NCBI GenBank assembly: GCA_965199715.1
Contig: OZ241322.1
Location: 1,024,001-1,088,000, forward strand
Source: Vicinamibacteria bacterium
GTDB taxonomy: Bacteria > Acidobacteriota > Vicinamibacteria > Marinacidobacterales > Marinacidobacteraceae
Length of the DNA: 64,000 bases
Direction of reading: 5' to 3'
Shown: positions 28,907 through 38,126 of the stretch, in pieces
Layout: each line of letters starts with the position of its first letter
How positions within the stretch are numbered: position 1 is the stretch's first letter
Position numbers and translations under genes: made by a program
The notes under the pieces: generated by a model
The model's database searches: none
Seen by the model: only the letters and a program-made list of their open reading frames with translations
Told to the model about the DNA's origin: nothing

Positions 28907-29476
28907 CTAGCGGCGGGTGATCTTGAAGTGCGCCCGGCGGTTGCGCATCCAGCAGGCCTCGTCGCTATCCATGCACTGAGGCTGCTCCTTGCCGTAGCTG
29001 ATCATCTCCAGCCGTCCCTCGGGAACGCCGAGCGAGGCCAGGTAGTCATGGGCGGCGCGGGCCCGGCGCTCGCCGAGCGCCTGGTTGTACTCCACGGTGC
29101 CGCGCTCGTCGCAGTGTCCCTCGACCACGATCCTCGCCGTCACCTCGGGCGCCTTGAGCCAGTCCGCGTTGGCGCGGAGCGTCGCCATGGCGGCTTCCGT
29201 GAGATCGGACTGGTCGTACTCGAAGTGCACGTCCGCGAGGTTCTCCTGCAGCTCGGCGATATCCGTCTCGATGTACGTATTGCGCACCGTCAACGGCGGC
29301 TCCTCCGGCGGCGGCGGCGGCGGGGGCGGCGGCGGCGGGGGCGGCGGCGGGGGCGGCGGATCCTCCGGCGGCGGGGGCGGGGGCGGCGGCGGGGACGACG
29401 AACAAGCTGCGGCTACCAGACCGAGACCCAGCGTCGCCAGACTCAGCAGCAGCAACGTGGCGATAGTTTTTCTCAC
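28907..29476 (-). CDS. pal: Peptidoglycan-associated lipoprotein Pal (OmpA C-terminal domain) with polyproline linker
   Basis: Lipobox AAAC, GHCDERGT.EYN.ALGERRA, SYGKE, NRRAHF. GTG 29476 with GGAGG upstream. Confidence 0.93.
   Translation of the reverse strand: MRKTIATLLLLSLATLGLGLVAAACSSSPPPPPPPPPEDPPPPPPPPPPPPPPPPPPEEPPLTVRNTYIETDIAELQENLADVHFEYDQSDLTEAAMATLRANADWLKAPEVTARIVVEGHCDERGTVEYNQALGERRARAAHDYLASLGVPEGRLEMISYGKEQPQCMDSDEACWMRNRRAHFKITRR
29306..29392 (-). repeat. (CCG/CCC)n low-complexity repeat encoding Pro9-ED-Pro18
   Basis: Directly visible. Confidence 0.95.
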
Positions 29477-29508
29477 CGAGAACCTCCGTACGGGAATTGC
29501 TAGGGATG

Positions 29509-29538
29509 AGGGTATCCGAAAACGCGGAAACCGGTCAA
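29509..29538 (-). promoter_or_regulatory. Possible sigma70 promoter for pal
   Basis: TTGACC, 18-nt spacer, TACCCT. Confidence 0.5.
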
Positions 29539-29599
29539 CGGGCGCTCCGCGCACGCGCCCTGAGAGCAAAGCAATCGTAACCGGGAAAAGGGGGCACTT

Positions 29600-30310
29600 T
29601 CACTCAAGTTCCGCGCGCACCCGAAGCGCGGCCGCGCGGGGGTCGGCGCTGCGCGCAATCGCCCGGCCCATCACGACGTAGTTGGCCCCCCGCTCGGCGG
29701 CCTCGACCGGCGTCGCGATCCGCCGCTGGTCGTGCGCCGCCGCCGCCCACGCCGGACGCACGCCGGGAACGAGCGCCGCCGGCTCGTCCCCGAGCTCCTC
29801 GCGGATCGCCGCCAGCTCATGGGCCGACGCAACGACGCCGCCGGCGCCGGCCTCGGTCGCGAGGCGGGCGAGGCGCAGCGCGCGTTCGGTGACGCCGCCG
29901 TCGCCGAACACTTCGGCCGCGGCGGCGGAATCGAGACTGGTCAGGACGGTGACCGCGAGCAGGAGCGCGTCCCGGTCCCGCGCGGCGTCGGCGGCCGCCC
30001 GAACCATGGCCCGCCCGCCCGAGGCGTGCACGTCCACGATGCTCGCGCCGGTGCGGACCGCGGCGCGGACCGCTCCGGCCGCGGTCGCCGGGATGTCGTG
30101 GAACTTGAGGTCGAGGAAGACCCGTCCCGCGGCGGCGAACTCGGCGACCGCGGCGGGTCCGGCGGCGGTGAACAGCTCCTTGCCGATCTTGAAGAACGAG
30201 ACCGCGCCGGCGAGCCGGTCGCGCAGCCGCAGCGCCTCGTCGAGCGACGGCGTATCGACCGCGACGACGAGCTCCGGCCGCCCGGGGGCGGGGATCCAGT
30301 CCGGCTTCAC
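29600..30310 (-). CDS. pyrF: Orotidine-5'-phosphate decarboxylase
   Basis: FLDLKFHDIPAT, VTVLTS, PGVRP, DQRR. Confidence 0.96.
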   Translation of the reverse strand: MKPDWIPAPGRPELVVAVDTPSLDEALRLRDRLAGAVSFFKIGKELFTAAGPAAVAEFAAAGRVFLDLKFHDIPATAAGAVRAAVRTGASIVDVHASGGRAMVRAAADAARDRDALLLAVTVLTSLDSAAAAEVFGDGGVTERALRLARLATEAGAGGVVASAHELAAIREELGDEPAALVPGVRPAWAAAAHDQRRIATPVEAAERGANYVVMGRAIARSADPRAAALRVRAELE

Positions 30311-31224
30311 GCGGCCATCGCTCCCACGAGGTCGTGGACCCGGGCCACCCGATGGCGGCGGCAGTAGGCGGCGAGGTCGTCGAGCGTGCGCCGCCAGATC
30401 CCGGGATCCACGAAGTTCATGGTGCCGATCTGGACCGCCGTCGCGCCCGCCAGCAGGAACTCCACGACGTCCGCCGCGCCCGCGATTCCTCCCATCCCGA
30501 TCACCGGGATGGAGCAGCCGCGGGCCGCCTCCCAGACCATGCGCACCGCGATGGGCCGGATCGCCGGCCCGGAGAGGCCGCCGATGACGTTCGCGAGGCG
30601 CGGCCGGCGAGTCTCCACGTCCACCGCCATCGCCGGGATCGTGTTGATGAGCGAGACCGCGTCGGCGCCGGCTTCCTCGACCCGCCGCGCCGCCGCGCCG
30701 ACGTCGGGGGCGCTCGGGCTGAGCTTCGGGATGACCGGGAGCCGCGTGGCCGCCCGGACGACTTCGGTGACGCGGGCGGCGCTGTCCGGGTCGCGCCCGA
30801 ACTCGATGCCCCCTTCCTTCACGTTCGGGCAGGAGATGTTGATCTCGATTCCCGCGACGCCCTCCGCTTCGTCGAGGATCCGGGCGAGCTCGCTGTACTC
30901 GCCGATCGAGCTGCCGCAAATGTTCGCGATCACGACCGGGTGGCGGCGGCGCACCGCCGGGAGCTTCTCCTCGAGGAACCGGCGGATCCCCACTTCCTGG
31001 AGGCCGATCGCGTTGAGCATCCCCGACGGGGTCTCCCAGATGCGCGGCGGGGGGCAGCCGGGCCGGGGGTCCAGATAGAGACCCTTGGCCGAGATCGCCC
31101 CGATTGCGTCGTAATCGGCCACGTCCGCGTATTCGCCGCCGTACCCGAAGGTGCCGCTCGCGGCGATCAGCGGGGTCTTCAGGCGCAGTCCGGCGACCTC
31201 GACCGCGAGATCGGGAGCCGTCAC
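30307..31224 (-). CDS. pyrD: Dihydroorotate dehydrogenase 1B catalytic subunit
   Basis: ASGTFG, NAIGL, NISCPN, KLSP, INT, GGLSG. Confidence 0.96.
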   Translation of the reverse strand: MTAPDLAVEVAGLRLKTPLIAASGTFGYGGEYADVADYDAIGAISAKGLYLDPRPGCPPPRIWETPSGMLNAIGLQEVGIRRFLEEKLPAVRRRHPVVIANICGSSIGEYSELARILDEAEGVAGIEINISCPNVKEGGIEFGRDPDSAARVTEVVRAATRLPVIPKLSPSAPDVGAAARRVEEAGADAVSLINTIPAMAVDVETRRPRLANVIGGLSGPAIRPIAVRMVWEAARGCSIPVIGMGGIAGAADVVEFLLAGATAVQIGTMNFVDPGIWRRTLDDLAAYCRRHRVARVHDLVGAMAA

Positions 31225-32030
31225 AGCGGATGCGGATCGCGGTCCCACGCGATCCGGCCGGCGTCGAAGACCGGCCCCTCGGAGCAACTCCGCAGGTATT
31301 CGGGCGGGCCTCCGCCGGGCGGCGCGGCCCAGACCACGCAGCCGAGGCAGCAGCCCATCCCGCATCCCATCCGCCGCTCGATGGAGACCTGGTGGGGGAG
31401 GCCCGCCGCGTCCGCGAGCTGCGCGACCCGCACGAGCATCGGCGTGGGGCCGCAGGAATAGACGACGGCGGGCGCGGCGTCCTCGAGCGCGTCCGCGAAC
31501 AGCTCGGTCACGTACCCCCGGCGGCCCGCGCTTCCGTCCTCGGTCGCGCAGCGCACGTCCATGCCGAAGGCGCGGAAGGCGTCGCGCAGGTAGAGGTCGC
31601 GCTCGCGGCGGCCGCCGAGCAGCACGACGGCGCTGCGTCCGGCCTCGGCGAGCTCTCTCGCAAACGCCACGAAGGGCGCGATCCCGACCCCGCCCGCGAC
31701 CACGAGCGGCGTGACTCCCACGGGCGGCGCGGCGAACGAGGTTCCGAGCGGGCCGAGGCAATCGGCCTCCCCGCCGATCGGAAGCCGGGCGAGCGCCCCG
31801 GTGCCGGATCCCACGACCTTGACGAGCAGGGTGAACCCGCCGCCCTCGGGCCGGTCGCAGTAGGAGTAGGGGCGCCGCAGGAGGCCCGCTCCGGGGACGC
31901 GCAGCATCGCGAACTGCCCGGCGCGGAAGGACCCCGGCGCGCCCTCGAAGCGCAGCGCCTGCGCGTCCTCGGCGAGGACGTCGCGCTCGACGAGCCGGAC
32001 CTGGGCGTCGCGGACCGGCTCAGGCGTCAC
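31221..32030 (-). CDS. pyrK: Dihydroorotate dehydrogenase electron-transfer subunit
   Basis: RRPYS, GPLG, GGVGIAP, CGP, MGCGMGCCLGC 2Fe-2S motif. Confidence 0.94.
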   Translation of the reverse strand: MTPEPVRDAQVRLVERDVLAEDAQALRFEGAPGSFRAGQFAMLRVPGAGLLRRPYSYCDRPEGGGFTLLVKVVGSGTGALARLPIGGEADCLGPLGTSFAAPPVGVTPLVVAGGVGIAPFVAFARELAEAGRSAVVLLGGRRERDLYLRDAFRAFGMDVRCATEDGSAGRRGYVTELFADALEDAAPAVVYSCGPTPMLVRVAQLADAAGLPHQVSIERRMGCGMGCCLGCVVWAAPPGGGPPEYLRSCSEGPVFDAGRIAWDRDPHPL

Positions 32031-33594
32031 CGAAGGTCACCCGGTCGGCTTCGGCGAGCGTGGTCTCGCCGCGCGCCACCGCCCGCAGCGCGTTCTGGCG
32101 CAGCGAGACCATCCCGTCGGCCTCGGCCTTCCGCCGCAGCGCCGCCGGCCCGGCGCGGTCGAGGATCATGCCCCGGATCGCGTCGTCGAGCGGAAGCGCT
32201 TCCGCCACGACCGAGCGGCCACGGAAGCCGACTCCGTTGCAGGCGCGGCAGCCGGTCGGACGGGCGACCGACGCCGCCGAGAGTCCGGCCCGCACCAGCG
32301 CCGCGCGCTCCCGGGCGTCGGGCGCGGCGGACGCGCGGCACGACCGGCAGAGCAGGCGCAGGAGGCGCTGGGCCACGATGCAGTTGAGCGCCGACACGAA
32401 GTTGTGCGGGTCCGCGCCCATGTGGAGGAGGCGGCCGATGACGTCGAAGGCGTGGTTCGCGTGGACCGTGGTGAGCACGAGGTGCCCGGTGAGCGCCGCC
32501 TGCACCGCGATGGCCGCCGTCTCCGGATCGCGCACCTCGCCCACCATGATGGCGTCGGGGTCGTGGCGCAGGATGGAGCGCAGGCCGCGGGCGAAGGTGA
32601 GGCCCTTCTTCTCGTTGACCGGGACCTGGGTCACGCCGGCGATCTCGTACTCGACCGGATCCTCGATGGTCACGAACTTCTCCTGCGGCGTGACGATCTC
32701 GGAGAGCGCCGCGTAGAGGGTCGTGGTCTTGCCGCTCCCGGTGGGGCCGGTGGCGAGGAGCATCCCGAACGGGTACCGGGCGTGTTCGCGCAGCAGGTCC
32801 AGCTCGCGGCCGCGGAATCCGAGCGCCTCCAGCGAAAGCGACTCGAAGCGCGACCCGAGGCTGAGCTTGTCCAGCACCCGCACCACGACGTCCTCGCCGT
32901 GCGCGCTCGGCAGCACCGAGACGCGGAAGTCCACGGTCCGGCGGCCGCCGTTCTCGGGAACGAACGCCCGGAAGCGCCCGTCCTGCGGCACCCGGCGCTC
33001 GGCCACGTCCAGCTCCGCCATGACCTTCAGCCGGGCCACGACGGTCTGGTGGTGGGCCGCGTCCACCGACTCCATCGCCGGGTAGAGGACGCCGTCCACG
33101 CGGTACTTGAGGACAACCTCGTCGGCCTTGGTCTCGACGTGGACATCGGTGGCGCGGCGCTCGATCGCGTTCACCAGAAGCGAGTCCACGAGCCGGACGA
33201 CGGGGCTGTCGGCGGCGCCCCCGCCGGCGTCGAGGGCGACCGTCGCCGGGCCGCCGGACTCGGATTCGGGGGCGGACTCGCGAAGGTCCGCCGAAGCCCG
33301 GTCGAGCAGGAAGCTGGAGTTCGCGTTCCGCTCGAGGACGGCGTCCAGCGCCTGCGGGTCGGCGACGCTCGCCTCGAGCGGGCGGCCGAGGAGCATCTCG
33401 AGCCGGTCCAGCTCGCGCTCGCGGACCGGAGGAGCCACCGCGATGCGCAGCCGCTCGCCGTCCTCGCCGAGCGGGACGAACCGGAAGCGGCGCACCAGAT
33501 CCATCGGCACGCGGCGCCACGCCGCGTGATCGTCGGGGAGCGACGCGAGATCGATGACCGGATACGCAGGACCGGCGGCCTTCAGGTCCGCCAG
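32020..33594 (-). CDS. GspE/PulE/PilB family secretion ATPase
   Basis: ERRVPQDGRF, GPTGSGKTTTLY, EDPVEY, LRHDPD.IMVGE, TGHLV, and two CxxC motifs. Start uncertain (CTG near 33594). Confidence 0.92.
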   Translation of the reverse strand: MADLKAAGPAYPVIDLASLPDDHAAWRRVPMDLVRRFRFVPLGEDGERLRIAVAPPVRERELDRLEMLLGRPLEASVADPQALDAVLERNANSSFLLDRASADLRESAPESESGGPATVALDAGGGAADSPVVRLVDSLLVNAIERRATDVHVETKADEVVLKYRVDGVLYPAMESVDAAHHQTVVARLKVMAELDVAERRVPQDGRFRAFVPENGGRRTVDFRVSVLPSAHGEDVVVRVLDKLSLGSRFESLSLEALGFRGRELDLLREHARYPFGMLLATGPTGSGKTTTLYAALSEIVTPQEKFVTIEDPVEYEIAGVTQVPVNEKKGLTFARGLRSILRHDPDAIMVGEVRDPETAAIAVQAALTGHLVLTTVHANHAFDVIGRLLHMGADPHNFVSALNCIVAQRLLRLLCRSCRASAAPDARERAALVRAGLSAASVARPTGCRACNGVGFRGRSVVAEALPLDDAIRGMILDRAGPAALRRKAEADGMVSLRQNALRAVARGETTLAEADRVTFGDA

Positions 33595-33601
33595 CGCCGC
33601 G

Positions 33602-33880
33602 TCAGTCGCCGACGACTTCGGTCTGGAACGGCCGGGCGACCTTGGCCCGCACGACCTGGCGCGCCGGAATGGCGATGGCCTCGCCGGTCTGGACGTTCCG
33701 GCCCTGCCGCGCCTTGCGCTCGGCGACCTGGAGCTTGGCGACCCCGGGGATCGTGAACTCGCCGTCGTCCTGGAGCGCCTTCGCGGCGCGGTCCCGAAGG
33801 GCGTCCAGCATGGCGGCGGCCTGGCGGCGGGTGACGCCGGCCTCCGCGGCGAGGTGCTGCACAAGCGCGGCTTTGGTCAT
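33602..33880 (-). CDS. hup: HU family DNA-binding protein
   Basis: MTKAALV...IPGVAK...RQGRNVQTGEAI.IPA. Confidence 0.9.
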   Translation of the reverse strand: MTKAALVQHLAAEAGVTRRQAAAMLDALRDRAAKALQDDGEFTIPGVAKLQVAERKARQGRNVQTGEAIAIPARQVVRAKVARPFQTEVVGD

Positions 33881-33950
33881 GGGCTGCGTTCCTTTCGGAA
33901 GGGAAAAAAGAATAGGAAATTGTACGAGAAAGTTCCTCGTTTTCGGCCGT

Positions 33951-36947
33951 TCAGAATCCGAGCAGCCGATCGAGCGCGGCGAGCCGGCCGTTCCACATGA
34001 CGGCCCGCACGTCCCGAAGGTTTCGTATGTCCTCGAGCGGGTCGCCGTCGAGGAGCACGAGGTCGGCGAGATACCCGGGGCGGATCGCGCCGAGCTGGTC
34101 CTCGACCCCGAGCGCCTCGGCGGCGAGGATGGTGCTCGCCCGGATCGCCGCCGCGGGCCCCGGGCCGGCCTCGGCGAACTGCTCGATCTCGAGAATCAGG
34201 CCGAGGCCGTAGGGAACAATGGGGGTGTCGGTGCCCATCACGACCCGCGCCCCTTCCCGCCACGCGGCGTGGACCGTCTCCCACATCGGCTCCATGAGCC
34301 GCCGCCGGACTTCGGCGTCCATGGGCTCGGCCCCCGCGATCCCCCGCAGCGCCCACGGCGGGAACGCGTTGAGCCGGCGGTCCGCCTGCAGCATCTCGAG
34401 ATCCCGCGCCAGCGCGAGGTCCCAGCCTCCGTAGATGAGGAGCGTCGGGACCCAGAAGACCCCGGACGCGGCGAGGAGCGACCGCACGTCCTGGTAGGAA
34501 TGGCCGAGGTCGGAGACCTTGGGGGAGAAGCCCCGGCGCGAGGTTCCCTTGATGTGCTCGATCCCGTGGATCCCGCTGCGCACCGCCGGATACAGCTCGT
34601 GCGACGTCACGAAGGCCCCCATCCGGCGGCCCTCCCGGATCGCCATCTCCTGGGTGCGGTCGTCGAGGCGGACGTAGGTCTTGAGCACGTCGAAATCGAG
34701 ATCGCGGGCGAGCTGGAGGATCGAGTCCACCGCCCGCTCGCTGCGGGCGGCGACGGCTCCCGGGTAGTAGATGCGGTCCCCGTCGAGCACCGCGCCGGTG
34801 ACGAACATGCGCGGACCGACCCGGCGCCCGGCGAGCACCGACTCGCGCTCCTCCAGCACCCGGTAGGTCGCCGCCGCCGGCACCCGGACGGTGGTCACCC
34901 CGTACGACAGGTGGACCCGGCCGAAGCGGTTCCCGAACGCCGGCCCCGGCGTGTGGGTATGCATCTCGATGAGGCCGGGGACAAGCGTCCCGCCCTCGCC
35001 GGCGACGACCCGCAGGTCCTCGGGCGGCGCGTTTCCGGTGGGTTCGGTCGAGACGATGCGCCCGGCCTCCACGAGCACGTCCTGGCCGGGCGCGATCTCG
35101 CCGGCTTCCACGTCGAGGACGCCCACGTCCTGGAAGAGGATCGAACCCGAAGGCGACTGGACCGAGTACTCGTGCCGCAGCGGGATCGTCTCGAACCCGC
35201 CGCCGTCGGCCGCGATGCGGACCACGTCGGTCCCCGAGAGCGCGACGAGGCTCCTTCCGTCGGGAGCCCACGACGGGAAGTCCACCGGTCCCTCGAAGAT
35301 CCGGCGCGGCTCGCCGAGCTCCTCGCCGTCGAAGGGAAGGATCGCGAGCCCGCCGTCGAGGGCGAGCGCCAGCGAGCGGCCGTCGGGCGAGAAGACCGGG
35401 CCGTCGGACTCGCGAGTTCCGAAGCTGCCCTCGACGCCCTCGAGAAGCCGGAACTCTCCCGAATCCGCGGCGACCAGCGCGATGCGGTTCCAGCCCTCGC
35501 GGAAGCGGGTGGAGAACGGGCGGAGCGCGCCGACGGCAATCACGGAGCCGTCGCGGCTCCAGCTCGGCATGCCGGTTCCGCGCCGCCCCCGGAAGAGCGG
35601 CTCGTCGCGGATCTCGACGACTCCCTCGGCGTCGCGCGGGCCGACCCGCAGGTTCCCGCCCTCGTCCAGCCACGCGACCTGGCTCCCGTCGGGGCTGAGC
35701 GCCGGACTGACCTCCGCCCCGAGGTCCGACGTGATCTGGACGAGGCCGGCGCCGGGAGCGGAGTCCACGCTCTTCTCCCAGATGTCCATCGTGCCGAGGC
35801 GGTCGCTCGCGAAGACGACGCCGCTGCCGTCCGGCAGCCAGACCGGGTCCGTGTCGAGGAAGGCGTCGCGGGTGAGCGGCAGCGGCGCCTCGGAGCCGTC
35901 CAGCGGAGCGATCCAGAGGTCGCCGAGCGCCGCGTAGAGCAGCAGGGATCCGTCGGGGCTGAGGCTCGGGCGCACGACGCCGCGCACCGGCTGCGGCTCC
36001 TCGGCCTCGGTGCGGATCTTCCCCCGCGGAGTCGGGGGGCGGACCACGGCGAGCGTCGCCTCGAAGGAGACGGTCGCGACCTCGCCCGAAAGCCCGATGC
36101 GGCGGATTTCGCCGTCGCCCGAGTACAGCAGGTTTGCGTCGTCGAGCCAGACCGGACGGAACGGGAAGACGTCGGCCCCCGACCCCTCGAGCGCGCGGGG
36201 GGCGCCCTCGGCGGCGAGCGGGACCACGACCCATTCCGCGGCGACCCCCATGTCGAAGGGGGTTCCCATGAGCTCCAGCGCCTCGCTCCGGAGGCGGCGG
36301 AACGCCACTCGCTCGCCGTCGGGACTCACCGCGGGCGCGGTGACCGTTCCCTCGGTCCCCGGGACCGCGACCGGTTCGCCGCCGCCCGCCGGAAGGTGGA
36401 GGATCTCGGCCTCGCCGCCCTCCGGCTCGGAGACGAAGACGAGCCCGCCGCCCGGGGTCCACGCCGGCCAATACTCGTTGCCGAGCGCGCTCGTCCGCGC
36501 GGTCAGCTCGCCGCTCTCCACCTCCAGCACCCAGACGTCGTAGGTGCCGCCGCGGTCGGAAGCGAAGGCGATCCGGCTCCCGTCCGGCGACCACGCGGGC
36601 TCCCGGTCGTCGAACGGACCGGTCGTCAGCCGCTCGGCCTCGCCGCCGTCCAGCGGCAGCGTCCAGATGTCCCAGGTTCCGGCGCGGAAGGACTGGAAGG
36701 CGAGGCGCGAGCCGTCCGGATGGAGGTGCGGAATCCGGTCGTCGCCGAAGCCGTCGGTGAGGGCCTCCGCCGCTCCGCCGCCGCCCGGAACCCGCCAGAG
36801 CGTCCCCTGCAAGTCGAGGTAGAGCGGGCCGCCCCCGGGCGCCGCGGCCACCGCGAAATTCGTTCCCTCGGTGACGACGACGGGTCGCTCGTCCTGCGCC
36901 GACACGGGCGCCGCCAGCGCAACGGCGAGGGCCGCGCAACGCAACAT
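33951..36947 (-). CDS. Secreted PD40/TolB-like beta-propeller plus amidohydrolase fusion
   Basis: Signal peptide, repeated P.WSPDG motifs, PGLIEMHTH, MGTD, G.LADLVLLDGDPL. Confidence 0.88.
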   Translation of the reverse strand: MLRCAALAVALAAPVSAQDERPVVVTEGTNFAVAAAPGGGPLYLDLQGTLWRVPGGGGAAEALTDGFGDDRIPHLHPDGSRLAFQSFRAGTWDIWTLPLDGGEAERLTTGPFDDREPAWSPDGSRIAFASDRGGTYDVWVLEVESGELTARTSALGNEYWPAWTPGGGLVFVSEPEGGEAEILHLPAGGGEPVAVPGTEGTVTAPAVSPDGERVAFRRLRSEALELMGTPFDMGVAAEWVVVPLAAEGAPRALEGSGADVFPFRPVWLDDANLLYSGDGEIRRIGLSGEVATVSFEATLAVVRPPTPRGKIRTEAEEPQPVRGVVRPSLSPDGSLLLYAALGDLWIAPLDGSEAPLPLTRDAFLDTDPVWLPDGSGVVFASDRLGTMDIWEKSVDSAPGAGLVQITSDLGAEVSPALSPDGSQVAWLDEGGNLRVGPRDAEGVVEIRDEPLFRGRRGTGMPSWSRDGSVIAVGALRPFSTRFREGWNRIALVAADSGEFRLLEGVEGSFGTRESDGPVFSPDGRSLALALDGGLAILPFDGEELGEPRRIFEGPVDFPSWAPDGRSLVALSGTDVVRIAADGGGFETIPLRHEYSVQSPSGSILFQDVGVLDVEAGEIAPGQDVLVEAGRIVSTEPTGNAPPEDLRVVAGEGGTLVPGLIEMHTHTPGPAFGNRFGRVHLSYGVTTVRVPAAATYRVLEERESVLAGRRVGPRMFVTGAVLDGDRIYYPGAVAARSERAVDSILQLARDLDFDVLKTYVRLDDRTQEMAIREGRRMGAFVTSHELYPAVRSGIHGIEHIKGTSRRGFSPKVSDLGHSYQDVRSLLAASGVFWVPTLLIYGGWDLALARDLEMLQADRRLNAFPPWALRGIAGAEPMDAEVRRRLMEPMWETVHAAWREGARVVMGTDTPIVPYGLGLILEIEQFAEAGPGPAAAIRASTILAAEALGVEDQLGAIRPGYLADLVLLDGDPLEDIRNLRDVRAVMWNGRLAALDRLLGF

Positions 36948-36989
36948 GGGGCGGCGATGCTAGCAGCGGAACCGGGTATGGTCAGCCCC

Positions 36990-38126
36990 ATGCGTCCCGT
37001 TTTCGCACTGCTCCTTCTCGTCGGCTGCGTCGCCCCCGCGGAGCCGCCTTCGCTGGAGGCCGTCGCCGAGGCCGCCGCGGGGGAGATCGGGGCCGCGATC
37101 GCCGCCGACGGGCGCGGCGGGGCGGCGCTCGGGCTGTTCGTCGGCGACCGGCTGGAGCTGACACGGGGGTACGGAGTCGCCGATCACGCGACCGGGGCCG
37201 AAGTCACCGTGGACCACGCGTTCCGGATCGGCTCGATCACCAAGCCGGTCACCGCGATGGCGCTGCTGCGGCTCGCGAACCTGGGCGCGGCGGACCTCGG
37301 CGACCCGGTCGCGACGCTCGTGCCGGAGCTCGCGCGGATCGAGAACCCGTTTCCGGGGCCGAGCCTCATCCAACTGGGGACGATGACCTCGGGGCTCGCC
37401 CGCGAACCAGAGAACCTTCCGACCCATCTCGAGGGAGCGCCCGACGACTGGCTGGAGACGGCGTTCCGGGCGCTTGAGGAGACGTCCTTCGAATACCCGC
37501 CGGGCGTGCGCTACCAGTACTCCAACATCGGCTACGCGGTGCTCGGCGCCGCGGTGGAGCGGGCGGCCGGGGAGCCGTTCATGGCGCACGTCCGCGAATC
37601 GCTGCTCGCCCCGCTCGGCATGGACTCGACGTTCTTCTTTCCGGTTCCGGAGATCGAGGGACGGATCGCCGCCGGCTACTCCGTCGCGGACGACGGTTCG
37701 CTCGACGGCGAGCGGGCGGCGCGAGAGCACGCGGGCCGCGGCTACAAGGTGCCGAACGGGGCGCTCTACAGCACCGTCGAAGACCTGCGCGTCTTCTTGC
37801 GGTTCCTCGCCGGCGAGGGGGGCGAGGACGTGATCCCGGCGGAGGTCCGGCGCGAGAACCTCACCCGGGCGTTCGCGGAGGGGGATCTCTCGTCGGGCTA
37901 CGGCTTCGGCTTCCAGGCCCGGCGGCTCGACGACGCGGACGGGGCCGGGTTCACCGCGTGGGGGCACGGCGGCAGCGTCGCCGGCTACCGGGCGGCGGCA
38001 TGGATCGAGCCGGAGACCGGCGCGGTCGCGGTCGTGCTGCGCAACGTGGGCGGCGGGCCGTCTCCGGGCGATCTGGCGTTCCGCGCGCTGCGCCGCATCG
38101 TGGCGGCGGCGCGGGCTCAGCCGTAG
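36990..38126 (+). CDS. Serine hydrolase, beta-lactamase class C-like lipoprotein
   Basis: Lipobox LVGC, SITK (SxxK), YSN, HGG. Only the C-terminal part of ORF 33642..38126 is real. Confidence 0.9.
   Translation: MRPVFALLLLVGCVAPAEPPSLEAVAEAAAGEIGAAIAADGRGGAALGLFVGDRLELTRGYGVADHATGAEVTVDHAFRIGSITKPVTAMALLRLANLGAADLGDPVATLVPELARIENPFPGPSLIQLGTMTSGLAREPENLPTHLEGAPDDWLETAFRALEETSFEYPPGVRYQYSNIGYAVLGAAVERAAGEPFMAHVRESLLAPLGMDSTFFFPVPEIEGRIAAGYSVADDGSLDGERAAREHAGRGYKVPNGALYSTVEDLRVFLRFLAGEGGEDVIPAEVRRENLTRAFAEGDLSSGYGFGFQARRLDDADGAGFTAWGHGGSVAGYRAAAWIEPETGAVAVVLRNVGGGPSPGDLAFRALRRIVAAARAQP

Noticed and set aside
29085-29681. Plus-strand poly-glycine ORF
   Set aside because: Antisense reading of the pal polyproline codons.
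33642-36989. Apparent 1494-aa giant beta-lactamase fusion
   Set aside because: The N-terminal ~1110 aa are antisense to the PD40-amidohydrolase. The real gene starts at 36990 with its own lipoprotein signal.
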